Origin: Leucoraja ocellata
Taxonomy: Eukaryota
Length of the DNA stretch: 64,000 nt
Assembly (NCBI GenBank): GCA_036785375.1
Contig: JAWMAR010000424.1
Coordinates: 620,001-684,000 of the forward strand
Reading direction: 5' to 3'
Part shown: one piece after another, positions 1 through 12,334 of the stretch
How the letters are laid out: each line of letters opens with the position of its first letter
Numbering within the stretch: the first letter of the stretch is position 1
Program-made: the position numbers and the translations under genes
The notes under the pieces: generated by a model
The model's input: the letters and a program-made list of their open reading frames with translations, nothing else
Databases searched by the model: none
Told to the model about the DNA's origin: nothing

Positions 1-2200
1 AAATGATACCAACCAACCTGCCGCCACCACTTCCACTGGAAGCTCATTCCACACCGCTACCACTCTCTGAGTAAAGAAGTTCCCCCTCATGTTACCTGTA
101 AACATCTGTCCCTTAATACACCTGGGAGATTGTTTGCGTCTTCCTTAGTGAAGACAGATCCGAAGTACCTATTCAACTCTTCTGCCATTTCCTTGTTGCC
201 CATAATAATTTCACCCGTGTCTGCCTTCAAGGGACCCACATTTGACTTTGCTACTCTTTTTCCCTTAACATATCTAAAGAAGCTTTTACTGTCCTTCTTT
301 ACCTTAACATATCTAAAGAAGCTTTTACTGTCCTTTATATTCCTGGCCAGCTTCCCTTCATACTTCATCTTTTCAGCCCGTTTTGTTTCCTTCTGTTGTC
401 CTATGAAAGTTTCCCAATCCTCTGGCTTCCGGCTACTCTTTGCTGTGTTATACATATTTTATTTTAGTTTTATTCTATCCCTAACGTCTCTTGTCAGCCA
501 TTCCCTTAGAATCCCTAACGTCTCTTGTCCTACTGCCCTTAGAGTCTTTCTTCGTTTTTGGAATGAAATGATCCTGCGTCTTCCGGATTATGCCCAGAAA
601 TTCCTGCCATTGCTGTTCCACCGTCATTCCTGCTAGGATCCCTTTCCAGTCTACCTTGGCTAGCTCCTCCCTCATGCCTTCATAGTCCCCTTTGTTCACC
701 TGCATCACTGACATTTCCAATTTAACCTTCTCCTTCTCAAATTGCAGATTAAAACTAATCATGTTATGATCACTACCTCCGAGCGGTTCCTTTACCTCGA
801 GTTCTCTTATCATATCTGGTTCATTGGACAACACTAAATCTGGTTGGCTCGATTACAAGCTGCTCTAAGAATCCATCTCGGAGGCATTCTACAAACTCTC
901 TTTCTTGGGGTCCTGAACCAACCTGATTTTCCCAGTCTACTTGCATGTTGAAATCCCCCATCACCACAGTGGCATTACCTTTGTTACATGCCAGTTTTAA
1001 CTCCTGCTGTAACTTACACCCTACATCCGGGCTACTATTTGGGAGTCTGTAGATAACACCAATTAGTGTCTTCTTGCCTTTACAATTCCTCAACCCAATC
1101 CGCAGTGACTCTACCTCGTCAGTCCCTATGTCTTCCCTCACAAGGGACTGAATTCCATCCCTCACCAGCAGAGCTACCCCCCCTCCTCTGTCCACCTGTC
1201 TGTCCTTTCTATACGATGTATAACCCTGAATATTAAGTTCCCAGTCCCGATCACCCTGTAGCCACATCTCAGTAATCCCCACAATGTCATATCTACCAAC
1301 CTCTAACTGAGCCTCAAGCTCATCTACTTTACTTCTTATACTTCGCACATTCATATACAATACTTTTAATTCCTTACGCATCTCACCTTTCACATCGATC
1401 CCTATTACACTTGGCCATACTCTCCTATCTCTTTTTGAGCTTCCTTTCCCGTTAATTCTGGGGTCATTAACCATCCCGTTGCTCCCTTTCCCTTTAACTC
1501 CATCCTCGACTATCCCATTTGACACCCCACCCCCCTTATTCAGTTTAAAACCACCCGTGTAGCAGTGGCAAACCTGCCTGCCAGAATGCTGGTCCCCCAC
1601 CTGTTAAGATGCAATCCGTCCCTTTTGTACAGTTCCCCCTTACTCCAAAACAGATCTCAGTGATCTAAGAATCTAAATCCCTGCCCCGTGGACCAGTTCC
1701 TCAGCCACACATTCAGGTCCCGTATCTCCCTGTTCCTGCTCTCGCCAGCACGAGGAACTGGAAGCAAACTGGAGATAACAACCCTGGAGGTCCTGCTTTT
1801 TAGCATTTTTCCGAGCTCTCTAAAGTCACGCTGCAGAATATTCATCCCCTTCTTTCCGACATCGTTTGTGCCGACATGCACTACCACTTCCGGATGTTCA
1901 CCTTCGCCCTTGAGGATTTTCTGCACTCTGTCCGTGACATCCTGGATCCTGGCACCAGGAAGGCAGCACACCATCCTCGAATCCCGTCTGTTGCCGCAGA
2001 AACCCCTGTCTGTACCTCTCACAATGGAGTCTCCAACTACAATGGCGTTGCCTGACGTAGGCCTCTTTGGTTTTGGCTCAACAGCCCTTTTTGCTTCGCA
2101 AGCCAGTCCGCTAATCAGTGTGATAACGTCATCTGTCCCGACAGCTTCTAAGTGGGTGAACCTGTTCACAAGAGGTACAACACCCGGGGACTTTTGCATT
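1..2200 (-). mobile_element. CR1-clade LINE, 5' part: ORF1 SGNH/esterase domain and ORF2 AP-endonuclease (decayed)
   Basis: ORF 1657-2199 has AIVVGDSIVR...CLPGARIQDV...VVVHVGTND (CR1 ORF1 esterase). ORF 821-1600 has YMNVRSI, IVGITEMW, GGGVALLV and VMGDFN. ORF 481-834 has GSDHN. Frameshifts and small tandem duplications are present. Confidence 0.92.
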
Positions 2201-2395
2201 CCGGATTAAAAAGATATTTTAAAATGTCGACTAATATCAAATGACTATGGGACATGCTGGCACGGGTGGGCAGATTGGGCTGAAGGGCCTGTTTCCACAC
2301 TGTATGACTATGGGACATGCTGGCACGTGTGGGCAGATTGGGCTGAAGGGCCTGTTTCCACACTGTATGACTAACATTGATTATTATCTTCACAG

Positions 2396-2716
2396 CTAAA
2401 CCACAAATGAGTTTATCCGCAACTGCGATCACAATTGAGAATGGGACGGAGAAATCGGTGAAATGTGACAGTACTGCGTTTTACCCCTTGGCCATTCAGA
2501 TAAGCTGGCTCAAGAAATCAAAGAGTGGAGAACAGAAGATCCTAGACCACATTTGCACAGGATCTCCTGTTAAAAATGAGGATGGAACCTACAATGTGTC
2601 GAGCCACATGAGGCTACGTCCAACACTCCAGGATGATGGTAACACTTATGTCTGCATAGTGAGACATAGATCACTTGGTAAGGACACAGAGTTGACCACC
2701 CATCTGACTGTCAGAG
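2396..2716 (+). CDS. Ig-superfamily receptor gene, exon a: extracellular C1-set Ig domain (upstream leader/V exons lie outside the window)
   Basis: Acceptor ttatcttcacag|CT and donor AGAG|gtaagt, phase 1-1, 321 nt. Motifs VKCDSTAFYPLAIQISW, KNEDGTYNVSS and YVCIVRHRSL. Both cysteines and the Trp are present. Sequons NGT and NVS. Confidence 0.9.
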
Positions 2717-4051
2717 GTAAGTTTAATTTCAGTTATAGAGGTAATGTGGAAAGAGGCCCTTCAGCCCAATGAATCCACACCGACTATCGATCGGCCAAAT
2801 ATGGGGAGGTTAGTCTGGAGTAGATGGGTATCTTGGACAGTATGGACAAGTTGGGTTGAAGGGCATTTGTCTGTGTGGCATGATTCTAACTGATTGAAAG
2901 ATACAGCATGGAAACAGGCCCTTCGGCCCACCAAATCCATGCCAACCATCGATCACCTGTTCACACTAGTTCTATGTTATCCCACGTTCTTATCCACTCC
3001 CTGCACACTAGGTAGACAGAAATGCTGGAGAAACTCAGCGGGTGAGGCAGCATCAATGGAGTGAAGGAATAGGTGACGTTTCGGGTCGAGACCCTTCTTC
3101 AAACTGATGTGGGGGGGTGGGGGGGGGCGTTAAGAAAGGAAGAGGCAGAGGCAGTGGGCTGTGAGAGAGCTGGGAAGGGGAAAGAAGGAGGGAGAAAGCA
3201 GGGACTACCTGAAATTGGAGAAGTCAATGTTCAAAATATGAGGTGCTGCTCCTCCAATTTACGGTGGGACTCACTCTGGCCATGGAGAAGGCCCAGGACA
3301 GAAAGGTCACTACACCAATTGGTGTATGTGGCAATAAATGAAACATTGAGATGAGCTTCTCACTGGGGTCTCCTCTATATCCCGTAGCTCAACTCTCACT
3401 CCCCATCCCCACTCGTAACAAGGACAGAGTCCCCCTTGTCCTCACCTTCCACCCCATCAGCCGCCACAAACAACAGATAATACTCCAACATTTTTGCCAC
3501 CTCCAACGGGATCCCACCACAGGCCAAATCTTCCCATCTCCTCCCCTTTCAGCTTTCCGTAGAGACGGCTCCCACGTAACTCCCTGGTCAATTTGTCCCT
3601 TCCCACCCAAACTACCCGCTCCCCTGGTACTTTCCCTTGCAACCGCAGGAAATGCCACACTTGTCACTTTACCTCCCCCCGCGACTCCACCCAAGGACCC
3701 AAGCAGTCTTTCCAGGTGAGGCAGAGGTTCACCTGCACCTCCTCCAACCTCATCTATTGCATCCGCTGCTCTAGGTGTCAACTATTCTATATCGGTGAGA
3801 CCATGCGCAGGTTTGGCAATCACTTCGCCCAACATCTCCGCTTGGTTCGTATTAACCAACCTGATCTCCCGGTGGCTCAGTACTTCATCTTCCCCTCCCA
3901 TTCCGAATCCGACCTTTCTGTCCTGAGCCTCCTCCATGGCCAGTATGAGTCACACCTCAAATTGGAGGAGCAGCACCTTATATTTCGCTTGGGTAGTTTA
4001 CACCCCAGCGATATGAACATTAACTTCTCCAATTTCAGGTAGTCCTTGCTT

Positions 4052-4735
4052 TATATCTGCAATAATCTAAAATGGCACACCAACGCAGACCACATCATCA
4101 AGATAGGACAACAACGCCTATACTTCCTCAGACAGCTCAAAACGTTCAGAGTCCACAAACACCTCCTGGTCCGTTTCTATCAATCCATCATTGAAAGCAT
4201 CATCACCTCCTCAATCACAGTCTGGTATGGAAACACTGACAGTCACTCACTACACAGATTACAGCGCATTGTCTCCAAGGCCTCCAGGATCATCAACTCC
4301 CCCCTGCCCTCAACCCATTCCATTTATCTCCAACGTACCTCAAAACAGGCAATAAAGACCCCTCCCATCCAGCAAACCACCTTTTTCAGTCTCTCCCTTC
4401 AGGGAGGCGCCTCAGGTCACTTGCTACAAAATCCACCTGCTTTAAAAACAGTTTCTTCCCCTCAGCAATAAGAACACTTCATTCCCTCCAATAATCAGAC
4501 AATACTAAGACTTTTGATGTATACAGTGTCTTGTCTATGGTCTCGTTTGTTCTTTTGCTCTATGTATTGTTGGTGAGATTTGTGATTTGTGATGTGGTAT
4601 GGATGCACTTTATTACTGTGATCTGTGTTGTTATTAGTGTTAATGTGACTAAAGCAGTGTACCATCATGTACCGAACCCACATACCACCTACCCTGGTCG
4701 TGTGGCAAATAAAGATTCTATCTATCTATCTATCT
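4052..4735 (+). mobile_element. Rex1/Babar-like LINE 3' fragment inserted in the Penelope element
   Basis: QQRLYFLRQLK...FYQSIIESIITSSITVWYG. Ends with aataaa and a (tatc)n tail. Confidence 0.8.
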
Positions 4736-4818
4736 TTCTCTCCCCTTCCCAGCTCTCCCACAGCCTACTTACTGTCTCCACCTCTTCTTTTCTTTTTCCT
4801 GCCCCCCTACTTTAGATC

Positions 4819-4852
4819 AGTCTGAAGAAGGGTCTCGACCCGAAACGTCACT
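4819..4852 (+). ncRNA. Minimal type I hammerhead ribozyme motif at the Penelope 3' end
   Basis: agt-CTGAAGA-a-GGGTC tc GACCC-GAAA-cg-TC-act. Core boxes present, stem II, palindromic ACGT stem III, GUC cleavage triplet and a 3-bp stem I. Confidence 0.7.
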
Positions 4853-5164
4853 TATTCCTTTGCTCCATCGATGCTGCCTCGCCTGCGGAGTTTCTCCAGC
4901 ATTTTGGTCTTCCTTCGATTCATCCTGCATCTACAGTTCTTTCTTAAACAACCCTGCACACTAGGAGGCATTTATTTATGTAAACCAACATCTGCAGCAA
5001 GGAATCTGGCCAAACTTGCCTATGCCGATCAAGATGCCCCATCTAAGCTAGTCCCACCTGCCCGCGTTTGGTCCATGGCCCTCTCAACCTTTCTTATCCA
5101 TGTATCTGTCCAAGTGTCTTTTAAATGTAGTTATTGCACCTGCCTCAACTACCTCTTCTGGCAG

Positions 5165-5820
5165 TGAAAAAGCTACTTATCTTAACTACTAAACCAGGTT
5201 CGCTTCTTAATAAACAGACACCACACAAACGGTTTGGTAGACCAGTTCAAAACTTTACTTAGCATCGGCCGATGGAAGGGAGGGAGAACTCCAGTCAAGT
5301 GACCAACACAGACACTTGACTGTCCTCAGTCACCTTCCCTGAACAACAGAATTACATTGCTTTAAATAGGTTTTTTGTCCCCTTATCACATTCCACAGAC
5401 ATTAGTCATGGTCAGAAGTACTGGAAAAGGTTTCCACAGAATGCATCACATCAAACCTTTTTTTTACATGGTACAAGATATACTAAAAACATTGTCCATT
5501 TGTTTTATCTCCAAATAGACCACCCTTGCTCTGGTCGCTGCTTCCTCTGTCATTTGGTCCCTCATAAACATAGGTTATTTGTTTACAAAGATGTGACTGT
5601 TTATTTCTCTCTTCCTTTATCGCCTCCTCCCCATAAACATTGGTTTATGGCATCTCCCTGTGAAGATATCTCTCTAGCTCCTTCACTTGGGAGACAATGT
5701 TATCTCACACACCCCTGCAACCTGAGGCAAGCCTAATTTGAGACTAAATATAAGCTGTAAGCTAGCCCAGAAACCAATTTAATATCTTCTTATATTCTTT
5801 ACTAAAATTCAGCTTCATCA
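5165..5820 (-). repeat. ERV 3' LTR
   Basis: Direct repeat of 11679-12334. On the - strand it is preceded by the purine tract AAAAGGATGGAA (5821-5832) and contains TATTTAAA and AGTAAA. Confidence 0.95.
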
Positions 5821-6419
5821 TTCCATCCTTTTATCAAAATTTTGATAACAACTACAGTCCTTCCTGAGTACATACGAAAGACCATAAGCATCTCATCAGA
5901 CAATTTAATAGTACACTAGTAACACAATCAATTCATAGTGGACAATCGTTCCACAAGTCCCTCCAAACATTTTAAATGGCCACCAACCTCCCCCGGACGT
6001 GACACTATAATATACTACCATAGGACAGGAAAAGGATCATAAAAATTGCTCAGCCTTTATTCGGCTTCGCTTGGAATTCCCTGTGTGCTGGTGTAACTGG
6101 TTCATGCTTCTCTTGTGTGCACTGCATTTGCAACATAACAATGCCCTGTCACAAATATACTGTTTCCTTAAAATACACCAGTGCCTTGGTTGTGGCAAAA
6201 ACAGGTAGATTTAACTGGCCTTTGCAGACCTCTTACTGTCTGTAGTCAGGGTATCTTTGCTGCGCTTGTCATGTTTGCCTTCAATCTTGTTTAAAAGGAG
6301 GTGTGTACCATCCTTTAAATGTGGGTTAGTCCGCAAGTTTGCCATTCTGAAGAAAGTTCAGTCCATGTGGGCTAGGCCACCCCAGAATAAAGGAACATCA
6401 ATAGCCCATCGTCCTTGTT

Positions 6420-6510
6420 TCCACAAACTGTTCACAGTCAATCAAATGTATCCAGCGATGATGATCTTTCATCTTTACAGCAGTTCATGTTGTTAGCAAC
6501 ACTTGGTTGT
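6420..6510 (-). pseudogene. Retroviral integrase C-terminal remnant
   Basis: The minus strand reads QVLLTT*TAVKMKDHHRWIHLIDC, matching the gamma/epsilon-type QVLLTTxTAVK...WIH..hC motif. Confidence 0.7.
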
Positions 6511-9500
6511 TTCTTTTCAATACAGTTTCAATTTCTTCTTGTCCCAGCACCCCCATCGTATAGCTTTTATGGCTCCCAGCAAAGCTCCTCCAACCTGGGA
6601 ATGTAGATCTGGCAAGACATGGGTTAATTGCCGACCATACATAATTAGTTAATTGCACAGGGCCTGTTAGTGGCTTCCCCCCACTCTCCAGGGGTAATAA
6701 AACGTTGTAAATCTTGTTCACCAGCTTAGTTTCACCAGCACTTTTGTCCCCCTTTGATCCTCCATTTTCCTTCTTAACACTTCCCTGTGAATTTATTCTT
6801 TAATCCTATTATATCCGAAGAGGCTCTCTCCACCTAAATATTCAATTCTCCAAATATGTTCTCTTCCCCAATCTACTTTATCTTCTCACCTTTCATCCCT
6901 CATTGTGAGTTCCCTCAAACCTCCTTTTTTAAGTCATAAAACAATTTTTTCATCTACCTTCATTTCTCTCACACAGCCCATGCTTCAACATCTTTGTTTG
7001 CTTGAAAACAGTAATCTTGCTTCATTTGCATTTTAAAAGACAACCTCTGTTATCATATCAAAACAATCTTTTCCAAAAGAACTCATTCAGAATCGGTAAT
7101 CAATAATACATTTACTTTTCTCTGTAATTTTGACATTTCCAATCTCATTTAACACTTTAATCGGGATGAGTCTTTTTTAAACTTGGTTCAAAAGATCTAT
7201 AATCATCCAACACATTAGCACACCATAACCTTTGTAAATTTGCATTTTAAAGGACAACTTCTTAAAAAGTGACACACAACTTTGCTCATTGCTTCGAATT
7301 TCCCACATTCCACATACAAAAACATTGTTTTACAAGCAGTACATATACAAAAACATTGTTTTACCAGCTGTATATAATATTTCATTTTCAAAGACGTCTC
7401 TTTGTAATTTACTTTCCCTTTTTCTTTTTTTTTTCTTAGTTCTCATTTGATTGTTCTAAAACACACAATTTTAGGCCTACTGCTATTCCTAGCAATACTA
7501 TAAGCCTCTTCCTTTATTTTCTCCTGGCATTCAAAAACAAATCACATTTCTTGGGTTTTGATGCTTTAGAGGAATTATATAAATCATTTATTTGAATGAT
7601 AGCCATTGCATATCCATCATCAAGCTTTCTAATGTGGCTTGTCAGCCATCCCACTGCTCATAACTTCATAAATCCTTTTATTTCGATTTGAGAGTCCAAT
7701 TTTGTATTAACCCACATCAAACTCAATGTAAAATTCCACCATCCTATGTGGAATTTTCCCTAAAAGTGTCTTTAAAACAAGACTATTAATCAATCCCCTT
7801 AGTGTACAATACTCAATTCAACAATAAGCTTTTCCTTAGCTGGATCCTTAACATCATAGTTCTGAAAACCCTTGTATATATATTCTACAAATTTGTCCTT
7901 CACCTATAACTGATCATTCATTTTGTCGATCCTATATATGTAGATGATAGTACTTCATGCTTTTTCTATTTATCCATATCTGCATCTATTTTTTAATTAT
8001 GTTGTACTTAATGAATACACTACATTTCCACATTGCAGAGGGGATGAATTCCCAACAAAATGTCCACAAAGAGATTTAATGTACTGCCAAACCCTTGACA
8101 AAATTTGTTGATTCTTTTGCCTTTATTTAATTTTTCCTTACACAATTTCTATTAGAGAAAAGTAGGCCCAAATCCTCTATCGATTTCCTCCACAGATGCT
8201 GCCTGTCCCGCTGAGTTACTCCAGCACTTTGTGTTTTACTATTGCATTTACATTTTATTTGTGCTGTTAATTTATCTACCTTATTGCAATGCCGTACGCA
8301 ATTAAGTACATTGCCTTATTTTTCCTCATTTTATATACTCCAACCTAATTTACTACTTGTTTTTGTTTCCACTGCCTATTTATTTTGCTTTCCAGTTGTC
8401 TAATCTTTATTTTCCAACTTTCCTTCTTAAATTTCCTTTTGTTCCCATCCCCCTGCCAAGCTAGTTTAAATTCTCCCAACAGCACTTTGTGATTAATAAC
8501 ATATGTATATATCATTTTCCTCAATGCCAGAGAGCTAAAGACACATAATTCTCCGGATATGCTCCTACAAGCTCACCTTGCCCACAGAACTAAATCTGCA
8601 TTTTCTCCTGATTTTAAATTTATTTTTTTTTAAACACAAAATCATTCAATATCCCTTCCTTCTCATCTTTTTTACTTATTTTGCTTATATGTAATACTTC
8701 TCAGTTAGTCCCTTCAAACATGTTGTCATATTCCCAATACATATCGTGTAAACATCTCCCAACCACTTGTTCTTGAATATAGTACTGGTATCACCAAAAT
8801 CAATCCTCTATTTAATAGTTTAACAAATACAACGTGTTGCTAAAGTAGGAGCAATTCCAATCCAAGTCATTCTCATCATTCTTAATCTGTTACCTTCGAC
8901 ATAGAGATAACCAAATTTGTTCATCTTGGACCTTGCCTACAACTGAGACTCACTACCGAGAGACGTTATCCATCCAGACTTACTTTTACCAGAACCCCAG
9001 GACAGACTGAGTAGTCTCTCACAAGGTTGAACAACCTACCTACTGCAGGAATTGCCAGGCAGAGTGTTCTACAGACTCACCCTCAATGACATTTTGAAGG
9101 CTTTTTTTTGTTGCCAAAGGCATTAAAAAGGAATCAAATATATTCAAATAACAACTATTTAAATAGTTTAAACATAACAGATAGTTTAAAACATGAACAG
9201 TAAAACAACTCAAGCATGTAACTTTTTACACAGGTCGGCAACCCCATGCAAATGAATAAAGTTGCCATTCCTAATATGCAGTGCCACCACATTTCCTTTG
9301 TTATCCTATCATTCCCTCCTTACCAGCATGGGTAAGACGGGTAAAAATGTATCGTTATACACCAACTTGTCCAAGCGGGGTGTGCTGAATCAATGGCACA
9401 GCCCTCTTGTTTCCATAGTTATTATTATATACAAGAGGCGTCCCTCTATAATGTACATACCTCCCTCATGTTTGGCAGGACCGTTCTATTTGCTAGCATC

Positions 9501-10013
9501 TGTTTAGCTGCTGTCACTATGCATTAGGATGTACAGGCTGCACTGTTTGGATACACTATCAGCAACCCATTGCCTTTTGCTATAGGGTCCCCAGCACCAG
9601 TGTGTGCAGTACATTTAATAATGATCAGCTGTTCTGGTAGCATCAATGCCTTAACAAATTACACCCAGAAAGGCATTACCCTGCTCCCACTCCTGGAGAG
9701 CTTTGTAAGGTCAGAACTTCAAGTTATAGGGATGTTACTGACAGAACTGTCCCAGGTAAAGATGTCATTGCTACTGGTGGACATCTCCCAAGATTATCTA
9801 ACGCCTCATCTTCATTACCAAATAGGGTCGTCGTGCCAGACATGAAGTCTCCTCCAGAGGATTTACCAGTACTGGGTTTATTCTTTCGAACCATCACCTA
9901 TTTCTCACCTCCTGTCTGTCTTTTAATTCTATTCTCTTGTTCCTCTGCCCACTGGCATTCTAGTTGCAGTAATTTCCATCCTTTCCTAGTGCTATCCTTG
10001 TTTCTTAACTATC

Positions 10014-10600
10014 TAGCAATTTACCAAACTGTGAGATTTAAAAAAAAAATCAAATCTGCAATTTATCCCATCAGATAAAGCATAATAATAAGTTTAATTT
10101 GACACCTAATTCACTTTCATATCTCAAGTAATAAAAAAAATTATGGCCATTTTCATACTCGGAAATTAGCATCTTGTTCCCTATTGATTTTCTATGGACA
10201 TACAAAAAAACTGTGATCATGGACCGTCAAAAGCCCATAACCTTCTTAAAAATTAAGAGAACTGAATGAAATTTTCAGTTATCATAGATTGAACCATTCT
10301 GACACAAATATAAAATAATCTTACTTGGATGACCTGAAATTAAAACATATAATTAGTTAGTTACCCAATTGTAGCTAATTTCAAACTTCAATTACTAGAT
10401 CTAAACATATATCTATTTCTTAATAAATGATTAACATTTTTAAATAGCCTAAGTGTCCAAATTATATTCACAAATAATTCACAATAAAACATGATTTGTA
10501 AATCTCATTTACATCAATTTATAGGCCAAATGGAAGGAATTTAGTGTTCAATTGCTGTAAATTAAAGTCTATTTTAAATCGGCTTTCTAGTGGGTTCCTG
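10014..10600 (-). mobile_element. One-ended fragment of a TAG-terminated TIR element embedded in the ERV
   Basis: Approximate reverse complement of about 54510-55094, including the terminus TAGCAAT-TTAC. Confidence 0.85.
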
Positions 10601-10814
10601 TCTTCCTTTCCCATATCAACACCTCTGCTTATTTAATTGTCTCAACATTCCATGTGCCCCCTACTGGCCAGGCTTCATCCCGTAACCGTTTGGTCAACTT
10701 GTAACTTAACATTCTAAATTTCTTATTATACATAGGATTCAAATAACACATATATAGGACTGGTTTCCAGAGCATTCCCCATAGATAGATAGAAAGAAAG
10801 AGAGAGAAAAAACA

Positions 10815-11280
10815 GACTTCTTAATTCCGAATCGTTCCAAATATATCAACCAGGCCGACCCACTAAATGAGACCCCAGTTTCTCAACTTGGCTGACTTTT
10901 TAATTCCGAATTGTTCCAAATATATCAACCAGGCCGACTCGCTACCCGAGACCCCAATTTCTCAATTTGGCTGACCTTTTTTAACTCTTTAATATACGAC
11001 CCAAGTGTCTCAGCGAAGCCGACTTGCTAACCAAGACCCCCGTTTCTCAACCTGGCAGACGTCTTAACTCTTAAAATAAGCCCCAGGTGTCTCAACGAAG
11101 CAGACCCGCGAACCGGGACCCCCGTTTCTCAACCTAGCAGACTTCTTAATTCTTTAATATACAACGTCACTTATTTCTCAACCCGACAATTCTTCGGATG
11201 TCTCAATAAGCCAGACACACACCTCAACCCCCGTATCTCAACCCGACAAATCACGGATGTCTCAACGAGGCCGATGAGCC
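10815..11280. repeat. Degenerate tandem repeats (about 70-80 bp) in the ERV 5' leader
   Basis: Recurring units such as gacccc..tttctcaac..ggc.gac.t.ttaa and ttaattccgaat.gttccaaatatatcaaccaggccgac. Confidence 0.75.
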
Positions 11281-11660
11281 CTTAGTAGAGAGAGAAAAAG
11301 AGAAAACAAAGAGAGATAGACAGAGAGAGAAAAAGAGAAAGAGAAACCGCTCAAGTCCTTCTTAAAAATATACACAATTCCGTCTTAAAAATACATACAC
11401 AATCCTGTCTTAAAAATACCTACACAATCCCTTCTTTTAAAAAAAACCCATATAAAGCCCAACTGGTCTTACCTTTGTCTGTTTCGAAGAACCTCGGCAG
11501 GGAACCAAGTCAACCTCTGATGAAGGATCACAGACGTTCCCGGGAGTTTCTAGGGAGTCGGTCTTACAAGGGGGCCGATAGAGCTCAGTTATCTCCCTTC
11601 CAATCCCGGCAACCTCCGCAACCTCTTGCACAGTCAGCCGTTGATGTGGTCCCAGCGAGG

Positions 11661-11677
11661 CCTGCATAACTACGCCA
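11661..11677 (-). promoter_or_regulatory. Primer-binding site, tRNA-Ser type
   Basis: The minus strand reads TGGCGTAGTTATGCAGG directly after the 5' LTR. The + strand CCTGCATAACTACGCCA resembles the vertebrate tRNA-Ser 3' end CCTGCCGACTACGCCA. Confidence 0.75.
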
Positions 11678-11678
11678 A

Positions 11679-12334
11679 TGAAAAAGCTACTTATCTTAAC
11701 TACTAAACCAGGTTCGCTTCTTAATAAACAGACACCACACAAACGGTTTGGTAGACCAGTTCAAAACTTTACTTAGCATCGGCCGATGGAAGGGAGGGAG
11801 AACTCCAGTCAAGTGACCAACACAGACACTTGACTGTCCTCAGTCACCTTCCCTGAACAACAGAATTACATTGCTTTAAATAGGTTTTTTGTCCCCTTAT
11901 CACATTCCACAGACATTAGTCATGGTCAGAAGTACTGGAAAAGGTTTCCACAGAATGCATCACATCAAACCTTTTTTTTACATGGTACAAGATATACTAA
12001 AAACATTGTCCATTTGTTTTATCTCCAAATAGACCACCCTTGCTCTGGTCGCTGCTTCCTCTGTCATTTGGTCCCTCATAAACATAGGTTATTTGTTTAC
12101 AAAGATGCAACTGTTTATTTCTCTCTTCCTTTATCGCCTCCTCCCCATAAACATTGGTTTATGGCATCTCCCTGTGAAGATATCTCTCTAGCTCCTTCAC
12201 TTGGGAGACAATGTTATCTCACACACCCCTGCAACCTGAGGCAAGCCTAATTTGAGACTAAATATAAGCTGTAAGCTAGCCCAGAAACCAATTTAATATC
12301 TTCTTATATTCTTTACTAAAATTCAGCTTCATCA
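11679..12334 (-). repeat. ERV 5' LTR
   Basis: 656 bp. By eye it differs from the other LTR only at 12108-12109 (CA vs TG). Confidence 0.95.

Larger units (their letters stand above)
3015..4960 (+). mobile_element. Penelope-like retroelement remnant (GIY-YIG endonuclease) with an inverted copy of its 3' end at about 3015-3310
   Basis: ORF 3593-4042 has CNRRKCHTC...FTCTSSNLIYCIRCSRCQLFYIGET...RFGNH. Bases 3015-3110 are approximately the reverse complement of 4815-4905. Confidence 0.85.
5165..12334 (-). mobile_element. Endogenous retrovirus (class I-like, non-autonomous), antisense in intron 1 of the Ig gene
   Basis: Two 656-bp TG...CA LTRs, 4-bp TSD GCAG (5161-5164 and 12335-12338), PBS, PPT and an integrase C-terminal remnant. 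The flanks rejoin into a CR1 fragment. Confidence 0.95.

Noticed and set aside
5500-5736. Duplicated 78-aa ORF (also 12014-12250) as a viral accessory gene
   Set aside because: It is antisense to the provirus, lies inside the LTRs, has a non-ATG start and shows no recognisable motif.
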